This document shows positions 18,940 through 27,876 of a stretch of DNA of 64,000 nt, piece by piece. Numbering within the stretch: the first letter of the stretch is position 1; each line of letters opens with the position of its first letter. Under the pieces are notes generated by a model. It did not search any database. It had not been told where the DNA came from and was given only the letters and a program-made list of their open reading frames with translations. This DNA is from Giardia intestinalis (lineage: Eukaryota). The stretch lies in assembly GCA_000002435.2 (NCBI GenBank), contig CM018789.1, one strand, 5' to 3'. Made by a program: the position numbers and the translations under genes.

Positions 18940-21900
18940 CTAGCGCTCAGAAATCAGAGGCTTCACCATCTCTACGGCAGCAGTGAGGTCCCTTACAAAG
19001 GATTGGGCGGTCCGGTCGTCTAGTAGATCAAGATGGGCGAAGAGCAAGTTGTCCCCTGTTGCTACGAATGCACGTAGAAAATATAGATACACCTGACATA
19101 GGTTCCTCTCTATCTTGTAAACGTCTGATATCTCAATGCGAAGAACTATGTATTGTCGCGCATATATTCCAAGATAAAATCCGGAGTTGTTATTTCGGAG
19201 CACTGAAAACAGCGTTGTTTCACTGCTTATCCTAGAGGAATCTATGTTGAGGCACTTCAATGTATACATAAATCGCTGAATAGGCGAATGAACCGGAACG
19301 GAGAAAGCTAATTTGTTGCTGCGAAGTTTTCTGCACAGTTGTGGCGAGCTGTCATTCAGATGTGCGCCATCATTGATTTGATGATACAAGCACGCCTGCT
19401 CCTTGTTCAGATTGCGGAAGGCTGGTGGAAGAGATTGCTCGGTCCCGTGAGTACCTGCACCGGATGACGATGTATGTTTAGCGCTGGTGGGAGCAGACAA
19501 GTGGGTGGCGCGGATAGTGTGCTGACCGTTGACAACATGCGTTTGGGCTCCACCCCTCGTTGGCGTTAGCTGTGACTTGGTTTGATGCGCCCCCTGTCCT
19601 GGAGTTGTAATGGTCTCACCCCTCATCCGGGTCTTATTAGTAACAGAATGAACATAGTGATTAAGCTTTTGTTTCAAAGAGGCGGTGGGTCTCAAGGTCG
19701 CAGTGACAGGCGTCTCACCTTCAGTACTCATAAGAACGTTAGCGTCAGCGTCAGCACCAACAGCTATACACTTATCTGTACTAGGCACTCTAAATTGGGT
19801 TTTCTTGAGATAGGACTCGATAAAGCAGTCCATGAATTTCGATGTAAGCAGATTTTCCAGCTGAATTTGGGGGGTGATATCAAACGGCGGTACCGTTTGA
19901 GTTTCCGTCACGAAAGTAAGTGCCACAGATGAGGTTGATGGTCTAGACTGCTCGTCCGATGCGCACACCGCTGATGGATCCGGGGTAACGCCGGGGTTTT
20001 GCTCGCTATTCTGACGCGGCCCATGGGCGGTGATTAAACGATCAGTCGTTGGTGACTCAATATGGGCTATTATTGGGTCATTGAGTACTTCGGTAATAGC
20101 AATGGCAAGCTCAGTCGTGTCAGAAGCACGGGGGGCTTCACAATCTATTTGTGACGAGGTGGGTCGTGACACGTGGGAGGACATTGATAGCATAGGATTC
20201 AAGCTACGCTTGGAGCTGGCAGAGCTTATACCGATGGACTTTCGCATACTTTGGGCACTGAAAACGCTGCTGGGTCCATCGACAGTGGAGTAGGTTTCGC
20301 AGCCGTCTAGAGTATTAGGAAGGTAGATATCATGCACCAGCACATGATCAGACTCTAAGGATTGGCCGACACACTCGGCATCCACAAAAGCTTCTCCAGC
20401 GTCATCCAAGTCATCCAGGCAGATCAGAGGCGCAACACTGCTACTGGAAAGAAGATGTATATCTTGCTGCTCTGTGCAGTCATTAAGAAGAGGCCCAAGA
20501 TCCTCAATCAAGCATGGTTCCACCGTGGCTTTGGATACAGGCACACTTTCATCACACAACTCTTCCTGCATTGCAGGCAGGTGCTTAGAGGTGGCACAAC
20601 TGGAGTCTGAACAGGCGGAACCAGGCGTATTAGGAGCTGGAAGAGTTAAGCATAGTGTTTGAACCGCTGGTAGATCAGCACTGCTAGTCTCATAGTTCAA
20701 GCTATCTAGTTTCTTATGATTAGCAAAGTATTGTGGATCCGGAAAGTCCCTAAGCGTGGTTTTTTCTGAAGATGCCAATGTGTTTGATAGAATCAAAGAT
20801 TGCTGAGATTGAACGTGCGTTCCTACCTGGCTAGGCTGAGAGATATAATTCAACGGCAAGTCCGTGGCGTTAGATGACGAAAGAGAGGCTTTTAGAGCTC
20901 TTTGATCCGACTCTAAATCTTCATCTGGTTCTATATGCACGCTTCCATCAACAGAAATACGAATAAAATCCAGACCGTAGAGACGATAGATATGTCCATT
21001 AGCATCTATAAAAGCACGAGTAAGATCTGCTGGAAAGGTGGCTCTATCCCCGAGTAACCTTGATGGAAGCTCAGAGAGGGCAAGAAGATGATTCTCGCGG
21101 ATATGCTTTTGGATTCTAATCGGAAACCGTGCAACATAGCGATCCTGTGCTTCTTTGGCCTCTTCGTCTAAGTCTTGAGCAGAGAGAACGGGGGCAGTAT
21201 TTTCAGCATAAGAGGATGACACACCACGAGGTTCCACAAGTAGCCCATCAGCTAGTTGCTTGTCTGTCGCAGCCAAAGTAGACAGATTCACCGATTGTAA
21301 CTGTAATGAATTGATTTTGCCCGAGCCGGATTGCGGAAGCAACCCAACCCGGGCTAGCCTAAAATCCTCATTAGATAGTGTATCTTGTGAATGAGTGACG
21401 TGCTCTATTCGAGCCTGACTTTGCTCAGCAGTGTCTGCACTAAGCTGGAGAGTGTCTGGGTGTGGTGAATTAGTGCCACCATTTTGCGTAACTGAAGTAT
21501 GGGCTTCTGGTTTAGATGAAAGGTTTTTCAGGACGATCCCGGATAAGTCGTACTCTTGAGTGCTAGTGCTAGACCTGTCATCAGGCTCATTAAGACGAGA
21601 GTTACCTAGCTGAGGAAGATTGGGGCTGGAGGATGTTTGCTTGGCAGCATGCGAAACAGATGGGCCCGGCAGAGGAGGAGGCAGCATTAGTGAAGGGCCA
21701 TCGTCTTCAGACTCTGAGTACTTAATACACAGCTCTTGCTTGGGACCACTCTTGTCTTTCTGGATGTTGACCGTAGGGTTGGAGGTCTCAGCTGGTGGCA
21801 GAACATGCTCTGAAGTATGCTCAACATTGACAGCAGGAGAAGGAAGGAAACAAATGCGGTACTTCGCCTTGATCTGGTCTGGTGTTATGGTACTACATAC

Positions 21901-23727
21901 CTCATCTTCACTATCGGTAATAACCTCGTGGTGGTTGTGGAAGCTGCGCTGGATGCACTCGTCACTCAGTCGATGAGCAGACGGGGACATGCTGCATGGA
22001 TGTGGCAGGGACGATTTGTGGCGCATGGTATCATCGTGAATGCGATGGACTTGGATATGTAATGCACCTGGAGGGGAAGAAGAGCTCTTATGCTGAGAAG
22101 AATGCCGCGCCTGTGCCATCTGAGAATCCTCTGAGCTTTCCTTGTCCTCAACCTGTGTTAGGGCAGGTAACTTCTGGGATTCTGAAGGATCAGATGTTAA
22201 GTCTACATCATTACTAAGAAGTTTCTGCACACGATATTCCAGTTGTTCATCTGCGCTCGCAGGCAAGATAGACTGAGAAGACTGACAAGCTCTCAACTCA
22301 GTATCACTTAGAGGAGCGTAGTCGGTTAGTTCAGTTCGGTCTATAACCTCTTGCTTAGGTTCTACTACCTCATGTGTATAGACAGTAGCAGATGACTTGT
22401 AAGATCTCGCTTCAAGTAGCTTGTCATGCTCTTCGTCAGAATATATTGGATGCGTTGCAGAGATAGGGTCGGCATTCCGTATTCTGTGGGTTTTTGCTTC
22501 ACGGTAATGAGTAGGAGACCCAGGTCCTTGGCTAGTTACACTCCGTGATGGTTCTGGAAGCTCAGAAAGTACCATCATCAGATGCTCTGCTTCATGTGGA
22601 AGAAGCTTGGGCAAAGTATCATCATACTCTCCACCTGTTACCGTTTGAATGTCAGTAGGACACAACATAATCGATGCAGAATCCTTTTTACCATGAGCGT
22701 CCACACTATTAGGATCGGGCCTCTTAGGTTCATCGTGACGGATATCGCTATCATTTGACAAAGTATCAAAGTCTAGGCCCGGATCAGTTGATTTGGCAAA
22801 TGCTAAAAGTCCGTCTTGTGGATCTATGCAGGAGCCACAGATTGCGTCACGCCACACTAGATCTAGCGACTGCGGGAGCGCGGGATCCATGGAGCGTGAT
22901 GCAAAGAGAATCTGCTTGAGCTTCTTGAACAGAAGTGTGGAAACACAACCACGGAACTTGTCAAAAATCAGATATACTTGTATTAGGCGTAGGTCGAAAT
23001 ATGGCTCTTCGTCTTTGATAGAAAGCCACGCTAAGGGAGAGAAGAACAGCGGAACGCCGAGAGCTGCGAGCAAGTGCTGCATCTTAGTGTGATTACGGGT
23101 CATGTGCTGAAGTGTTGTAGGAAACTTATAGAAGTTTGTTAAGAAATCCACACAAGGCACACCACTCTCACTCAAAAATCGGTGGATACCGGCCACAAAT
23201 ATAGAAAAGCTAATACATGATGTGGAAAGGCTGAGCTTGACGAGAGAAGCTGGCAAGCTGGTGTGTCTGCTGAATCCCGTCAGCTGATAGACTGGTTCGG
23301 ACCGCAGGGTGTATAATGCATTCAGGTAGTTCGCCATCTTGATAATATAACCTTCTGCCTGACGGATACGCTTGCGGTATATGCACCGCAGTACCTGGTA
23401 AATAAGATTTGCAGCGACCCCCTCCTTAGTTGCAGAATAGAGAACCTTTGGGGCAGGAAGCAAGGTTGGGGAGATACCCGAGGTGGCGATGAAGGCTAGC
23501 ATGACCTCGTGGTTGGAAAGAATATTGGCCCTCGTGTGTGACCTATGATAGAGTCTATTGTGGATTGATGAAACGTCTACGCCCAAGCGCTTCATTAGGT
23601 GGTACAAAAACGTGCCATCGTGATTTATTAGCTCTAGTAGACTTTTTATGGGTACCTCATCAACCAGTTCGGCCTCACAAAGGAAACTAACAACCAGTTT
23701 ATAGAGCATCTTTTTGAAAAGTGGCAT
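18940..23727 (-). CDS. Large hypothetical protein (1595 aa), Ser-rich central region, possible longin-like C-terminal fold
   Basis: Uninterrupted 4.8-kb ORF with ATG start and AT-rich initiator (agtttaaagagATG). No confident motif. Confidence 0.5.
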   Translation of the reverse strand: MPLFKKMLYKLVVSFLCEAELVDEVPIKSLLELINHDGTFLYHLMKRLGVDVSSIHNRLYHRSHTRANILSNHEVMLAFIATSGISPTLLPAPKVLYSATKEGVAANLIYQVLRCIYRKRIRQAEGYIIKMANYLNALYTLRSEPVYQLTGFSRHTSLPASLVKLSLSTSCISFSIFVAGIHRFLSESGVPCVDFLTNFYKFPTTLQHMTRNHTKMQHLLAALGVPLFFSPLAWLSIKDEEPYFDLRLIQVYLIFDKFRGCVSTLLFKKLKQILFASRSMDPALPQSLDLVWRDAICGSCIDPQDGLLAFAKSTDPGLDFDTLSNDSDIRHDEPKRPDPNSVDAHGKKDSASIMLCPTDIQTVTGGEYDDTLPKLLPHEAEHLMMVLSELPEPSRSVTSQGPGSPTHYREAKTHRIRNADPISATHPIYSDEEHDKLLEARSYKSSATVYTHEVVEPKQEVIDRTELTDYAPLSDTELRACQSSQSILPASADEQLEYRVQKLLSNDVDLTSDPSESQKLPALTQVEDKESSEDSQMAQARHSSQHKSSSSPPGALHIQVHRIHDDTMRHKSSLPHPCSMSPSAHRLSDECIQRSFHNHHEVITDSEDEVCSTITPDQIKAKYRICFLPSPAVNVEHTSEHVLPPAETSNPTVNIQKDKSGPKQELCIKYSESEDDGPSLMLPPPLPGPSVSHAAKQTSSSPNLPQLGNSRLNEPDDRSSTSTQEYDLSGIVLKNLSSKPEAHTSVTQNGGTNSPHPDTLQLSADTAEQSQARIEHVTHSQDTLSNEDFRLARVGLLPQSGSGKINSLQLQSVNLSTLAATDKQLADGLLVEPRGVSSSYAENTAPVLSAQDLDEEAKEAQDRYVARFPIRIQKHIRENHLLALSELPSRLLGDRATFPADLTRAFIDANGHIYRLYGLDFIRISVDGSVHIEPDEDLESDQRALKASLSSSNATDLPLNYISQPSQVGTHVQSQQSLILSNTLASSEKTTLRDFPDPQYFANHKKLDSLNYETSSADLPAVQTLCLTLPAPNTPGSACSDSSCATSKHLPAMQEELCDESVPVSKATVEPCLIEDLGPLLNDCTEQQDIHLLSSSSVAPLICLDDLDDAGEAFVDAECVGQSLESDHVLVHDIYLPNTLDGCETYSTVDGPSSVFSAQSMRKSIGISSASSKRSLNPMLSMSSHVSRPTSSQIDCEAPRASDTTELAIAITEVLNDPIIAHIESPTTDRLITAHGPRQNSEQNPGVTPDPSAVCASDEQSRPSTSSVALTFVTETQTVPPFDITPQIQLENLLTSKFMDCFIESYLKKTQFRVPSTDKCIAVGADADANVLMSTEGETPVTATLRPTASLKQKLNHYVHSVTNKTRMRGETITTPGQGAHQTKSQLTPTRGGAQTHVVNGQHTIRATHLSAPTSAKHTSSSGAGTHGTEQSLPPAFRNLNKEQACLYHQINDGAHLNDSSPQLCRKLRSNKLAFSVPVHSPIQRFMYTLKCLNIDSSRISSETTLFSVLRNNNSGFYLGIYARQYIVLRIEISDVYKIERNLCQVYLYFLRAFVATGDNLLFAHLDLLDDRTAQSFVRDLTAAVEMVKPLISER

Positions 23728-23852
23728 CTCTTTAAACTGGTAGGTACCTCACGATAAAACACGCGCATTTTCATAATGCTGCCCTCAGGTGCTCAGAAGA
23801 ACTGGCCAGGAATTTAGAGCTAAGAAAATAAATTCTGTCCTCACAGTCTTCT
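23728..23852. promoter_or_regulatory. Divergent intergenic promoter region shared by the 1595-aa gene (-) and kinesin-2 (+)
   Basis: 125-bp spacer between divergent ATGs, with AT-rich stretches adjacent to both start codons (tttaaactgg ... ctaagaaaataaattctg). Confidence 0.3.
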
Positions 23853-26009
23853 ATGTCGAGCGACAACATCAAGGTTATCGTGCGTTGCCGGCCTCTCAAC
23901 GCCCGAGAGACACGGGAGAATGCGCTCAACATTATTCGCATGGACGAGGCGTCTGCTCAGGTCATCGTTGATCCTCCTGAGCAGGAGAAGTCAGCAACCC
24001 AGGCGAAAAAGGTTCCTCGTACATTCACATTTGATGCGGTTTATGATCAAACATCATGCAACTATGGAATCTTTCAAGCGAGTTTCAAGCCTCTCATCGA
24101 TGCCGTTCTCGAAGGATTTAATAGCACTATTTTTGCGTACGGACAGACAGGTGCCGGAAAGACTTGGACGATGGGAGGTAACAAGGAGGAGCCGGGCGCC
24201 ATACCAAACTCTTTCAAGCACCTTTTCGACGCGATCAATTCCAGTAGTAGCAACCAAAACTTCCTGGTCATTGGCAGCTACTTGGAGCTCTACAACGAAG
24301 AGATACGTGATTTGATTAAGAATAACACCAAGCTACCACTCAAAGAAGACAAGACACGGGGAATTTATGTTGACGGGCTCTCTATGCACCGTGTGACAAC
24401 TGCAGCAGAGCTTTCGGCACTGATGGACAAGGGCTTTGCAAATAGGCATGTTGCAGCCACTCAAATGAACGACACTAGCTCCCGATCACATAGCATCTTT
24501 ATGGTCAGAATAGAATGTTCAGAAGTGATTGAAAACAAGGAGGTCATTCGCGTAGGAAAATTAAATCTAGTGGACCTTGCAGGGTCTGAGCGTCAGAGTA
24601 AGACGGGCGCAACTGGGGAAACGCTTGTAGAGGGCGCAAAGATCAACTTGAGCTTGAGCGCTCTGGGGCTGGTTATTTCAAAGTTAGTTGAGGGAGCCAC
24701 GCACATACCATACCGCGACTCAAAGCTTACTAGGCTGCTCCAAGATTCCCTGGGTGGGAATAGTAAGACGTTGATGTGTGCCAATATAAGTCCGGCCTCA
24801 ACCAACTACGACGAGACAATGTCAACCCTCCGCTACGCTGATCGTGCCAAGCAGATCAAGAACAAGCCACGGATCAATGAAGACCCGAAGGATGCGCAGA
24901 TTCGCCAGCTAAGAGACCACATTGCTCGGCTCGAAGCCCAGCTCGCCGAGGCACAAGCAAATGGTGCAAAGCCGATGGATGTGCTGAGGATTGGCAAGAG
25001 CCTTATGAAAGCAATTAATGGAGACGAGCTAAACCTGGATGGAACCTTCCAAGGAACAGCTGGGGCCAAACTCAGTGAAGCACGTGACGGTGACTCAGAG
25101 GGGGAATCAACCGAGGAGGAGATAGTCTTCGTGGAAGACGAAGCATCACGGAAAGCTGCCGATGAACTCGAAGCTAAGCGGCGCGCTCTAGCAGAGGCCA
25201 AGCAGAAACGGGAAAGCGAGTTGGAGCAAAAGGAGGCACTAAACAAAGAAGCAATCGTGACCCTAACAGATCTGAAGTCGCAGTTGTCAGCAATCAAGAA
25301 CAGCGTCTTTGTGGTGAAGCAGCTGGAGATAAAGGATAAGGTTCTTGGTAAAGCACAGCAAAAGCTCACCACCCGTCAGGAGAAGCACAATGCCCTTCAG
25401 CAGGCCCTTCAGAATAAGCAAACCGAGCACCAAACAAAGACAGCCGAGATTTTAAGTGCCGTTGAGAAATTGGAGAGGCTCAAGGCAGACATTTCTAAGA
25501 CCGAGGCAGAGATAAACGAGGTCAATCAAGAGATAGATGATATCACAGAACAGCATGCACTCAGCATTGAGGAGGAGAGGAGAGAGCTCAAGGAAGTGGA
25601 TAAGCGGTCCGCTCTTCTTGATGCAATAATTCAGACATTCATTCCCCAATGCGAGGTCGCAAAGGCAGAAGCTCTTGCAGAGTACGACGAGGAAACAATG
25701 AAGTGGGCAATATCTCCGGAGAAAGTCGATAGGGAGCATCAGATGCTGCTCAAGCGTGTCCGCCACATGCAGATCCTCTATCCCAGTGGAAGCACTAAGC
25801 CTGTATTCTTTGGGAAAGGTAAGGATACCCGGGCACTTGTGAACTTCTCGCAGCTGTCAGGCAATATCCTTGAGTTGGAGCCAGAGCTGCCGGAAAGGAT
25901 GACAGTTGGAGAGGAGATGGACGGATACCAGAGCTACGGCATGAATGAGGATGAGATGCATGATACACAGCTACAAATGTTCTACTCTCAAATAGACACC
26001 TATGAATAG
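23853..26009 (+). CDS. Kinesin-2 family motor protein (KIF3-like, heterotrimeric kinesin-II subunit)
   Basis: IKVIVRCRPLNARE; P-loop GQTGAGKTWTM; switch regions SSRSHSIF and LVDLAGSER; kinesin-2 neck KNKPRINEDPKDAQIRQLRDHIARLE; coiled-coil stalk. Confidence 0.85.
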   Translation: MSSDNIKVIVRCRPLNARETRENALNIIRMDEASAQVIVDPPEQEKSATQAKKVPRTFTFDAVYDQTSCNYGIFQASFKPLIDAVLEGFNSTIFAYGQTGAGKTWTMGGNKEEPGAIPNSFKHLFDAINSSSSNQNFLVIGSYLELYNEEIRDLIKNNTKLPLKEDKTRGIYVDGLSMHRVTTAAELSALMDKGFANRHVAATQMNDTSSRSHSIFMVRIECSEVIENKEVIRVGKLNLVDLAGSERQSKTGATGETLVEGAKINLSLSALGLVISKLVEGATHIPYRDSKLTRLLQDSLGGNSKTLMCANISPASTNYDETMSTLRYADRAKQIKNKPRINEDPKDAQIRQLRDHIARLEAQLAEAQANGAKPMDVLRIGKSLMKAINGDELNLDGTFQGTAGAKLSEARDGDSEGESTEEEIVFVEDEASRKAADELEAKRRALAEAKQKRESELEQKEALNKEAIVTLTDLKSQLSAIKNSVFVVKQLEIKDKVLGKAQQKLTTRQEKHNALQQALQNKQTEHQTKTAEILSAVEKLERLKADISKTEAEINEVNQEIDDITEQHALSIEEERRELKEVDKRSALLDAIIQTFIPQCEVAKAEALAEYDEETMKWAISPEKVDREHQMLLKRVRHMQILYPSGSTKPVFFGKGKDTRALVNFSQLSGNILELEPELPERMTVGEEMDGYQSYGMNEDEMHDTQLQMFYSQIDTYE

Positions 26010-26062
26010 CAGCGAACAGAACAGGGTGGAATGGCTCAAGCTAAAGGTAATTTATTCTAGAT

Positions 26063-27118
26063 TTAAAGAAGAGCCGTCAGGAAAAGAGGCATTCCATCGC
26101 GCTCAAGCATGAACCAAAATGGGCGGTCGCAGATAACATGGTAGATCTCAGGGGGAGGGGCCATCATGGCGCAGCGGAGCATCCTAACTGCAGTAACTGC
26201 GGCTGCCGTTGTCCCCTCTTCGTCTACCTCGATAACGGCCTTCTGAATTACCTTAGTGACAGACATCGGCGCTCCCAGGGACCCGTTGCAGTCACACACC
26301 CCAAACATGCTCTTTGCACCTCGCAGAACAAGGTGATCCTTAAGGTCGTGTGAGGACTCTAGCCTGAATTTTGGCAATTTGAGAACAACCTCCTTGGTCA
26401 AGAAGCCGTCCGTGGGAAAGAAGTTGTCGTACCTCAGGGCCGCCTTCAGAGATGCTTTACCGGTCTCTTTAGGAAGCACAATAATGGCAGAGACGTTACT
26501 ATCGTTGTAATTAAGTTTAACCATCTGTGCACTGTCACTAGATGCATACTGAAGCTTTGCCTTTAAGTACATGAGCTCGCGATCCTGCGTACGACCATCT
26601 AGTGACGTAAATGGAAGCATCTTAGTGTCATCCTTGGAGAACTTCAATGCCCAGTTGGCCTTAAAGTATATAGCGGAGATCAAGATGGCGTCTGTATCTT
26701 TTACATCATCGACGATAGAGTTGATGAGCCCCTTTGTCTGAGCAGAGCACCAGTTGTTGACCTGAGCTGCACTCTTTAGCGGTTCTATTGTAATATCAAA
26801 ATAGCGCTTGGCAAGGGCGACAAATTCGACAGTGGGAGAGACTGATTTGGCGTAGATGTTGGCTGCCAAAGCGAGAGCAGAGTCCTCGCGGAGCAATGAC
26901 GCTATCTGAGAAACCGCTGGCGGGGAGGCTTCCTTCTCGGAAAGCTGCATTGCCGTGAGGAGGTCGTCGTGAACAGACCCTGTCACTGCAGCTAGAAAGA
27001 TGAAAAGCGTGTGGAAGAGGGACCACGATGAGTAGACGACTCCCTTGCTCTGCAGCCTCTCTTCAGTGAAGTAGGCGACGTAGTCGGAGAACAGCGCTTG
27101 GGGCAAAGCAGTGGCCAT
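26063..27118 (-). CDS. Serpin (serine protease inhibitor) family protein, no obvious signal peptide
   Basis: Reactive-centre-loop hinge EEGTTAAAVTAV followed by VICDRPFWFML, the serpin C-terminal signature region. Length 351 aa. Confidence 0.6.
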   Translation of the reverse strand: MATALPQALFSDYVAYFTEERLQSKGVVYSSWSLFHTLFIFLAAVTGSVHDDLLTAMQLSEKEASPPAVSQIASLLREDSALALAANIYAKSVSPTVEFVALAKRYFDITIEPLKSAAQVNNWCSAQTKGLINSIVDDVKDTDAILISAIYFKANWALKFSKDDTKMLPFTSLDGRTQDRELMYLKAKLQYASSDSAQMVKLNYNDSNVSAIIVLPKETGKASLKAALRYDNFFPTDGFLTKEVVLKLPKFRLESSHDLKDHLVLRGAKSMFGVCDCNGSLGAPMSVTKVIQKAVIEVDEEGTTAAAVTAVRMLRCAMMAPPPEIYHVICDRPFWFMLERDGMPLFLTALL

Positions 27119-27348
27119 AATCTTTTAAATAAAGGGTTTATCGCAGGTGTGTTCGGAAGACGTCTACAGCGGCGCCCCACAGCACAGACTGCCCGGGTCT
27201 TGGACCTGGCTTGAACCTAGCACCGCTTGGTCTTCGATCGGTCCTTTTTGACCGTTCTAGATGCGCCACTTTATCTGAAATGGCGAATAGATAAGAAGGA
27301 GGATTTTATTTTAATTCCACTTCCGGTCCCATAAAAAGCGGCTCCCCG

Positions 27349-27825
27349 ATGGCGAAGGGCAACAGAAGAGACTTACTGGAAAGGAACGACATAGAGGTGA
27401 GGGAGAGGGACAAGTACACCGTCCACACCCTCGGCAAGAAGAAGAATTCCGTGGCGGTGGCGTTCGTAAAGGCGGGGAAGGGCGACATCCTCGTCAACAA
27501 CGTCCCGCTTGCTCTTGTGAGGCCAGAGATCCTTCGCACAAAGGTCTCGGAGCCCATCATGATCCTCGGCGAGAGCCTCTTCAAGGGACTCGACATGAAT
27601 ATTAAAGTCGCTGGAGGGGGGCACGTGTCCCAGATCTATGCAGTCCGCCAAGCAATCTCCAGGGGCGTCCTTGCGTCTGTCAAGGACGAGGCAGCCCGTT
27701 CAGAACTCCGCGCCAAGCTTGTGAGCTACGACCGCCAGCTTGTGGTCTCCGATCCCCGCAGGTGTGAGGCAAAGAAGTTTGGTGGCCGTGGTGCTCGTGC
27801 CCGTCGCCAGAAGTCGTACCGTTAA
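27349..27825 (+). CDS. RPS16: 40S ribosomal protein S16 (uS9)
   Basis: VHTLGKKKNSVAVAFVKAGKG...GGGHVSQIYAVRQAISRGV...GGRGARARRQKSYR, the uS9 signature C-terminus. Confidence 0.9.
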   Translation: MAKGNRRDLLERNDIEVRERDKYTVHTLGKKKNSVAVAFVKAGKGDILVNNVPLALVRPEILRTKVSEPIMILGESLFKGLDMNIKVAGGGHVSQIYAVRQAISRGVLASVKDEAARSELRAKLVSYDRQLVVSDPRRCEAKKFGGRGARARRQKSYR

Positions 27826-27840
27826 GCGGGCTTCGTCCTA

Positions 27841-27847
27841 AGTAAAC
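27841..27847 (+). terminator. Putative polyadenylation signal AGTAAAC 16 nt after the RPS16 stop
   Basis: Exact AGTRAAY match. Confidence 0.45.
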
Positions 27848-27876
27848 ATACTGCATCCAATTCACACGCTGTCATC

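Noticed and set aside
24833-25372. 179-aa Ser/Ala-rich minus ORF inside the kinesin-2 stalk region
   Set aside because: Antisense to coiled-coil-encoding GAG/AAG/GCC-rich sequence. Low-complexity shadow ORF.
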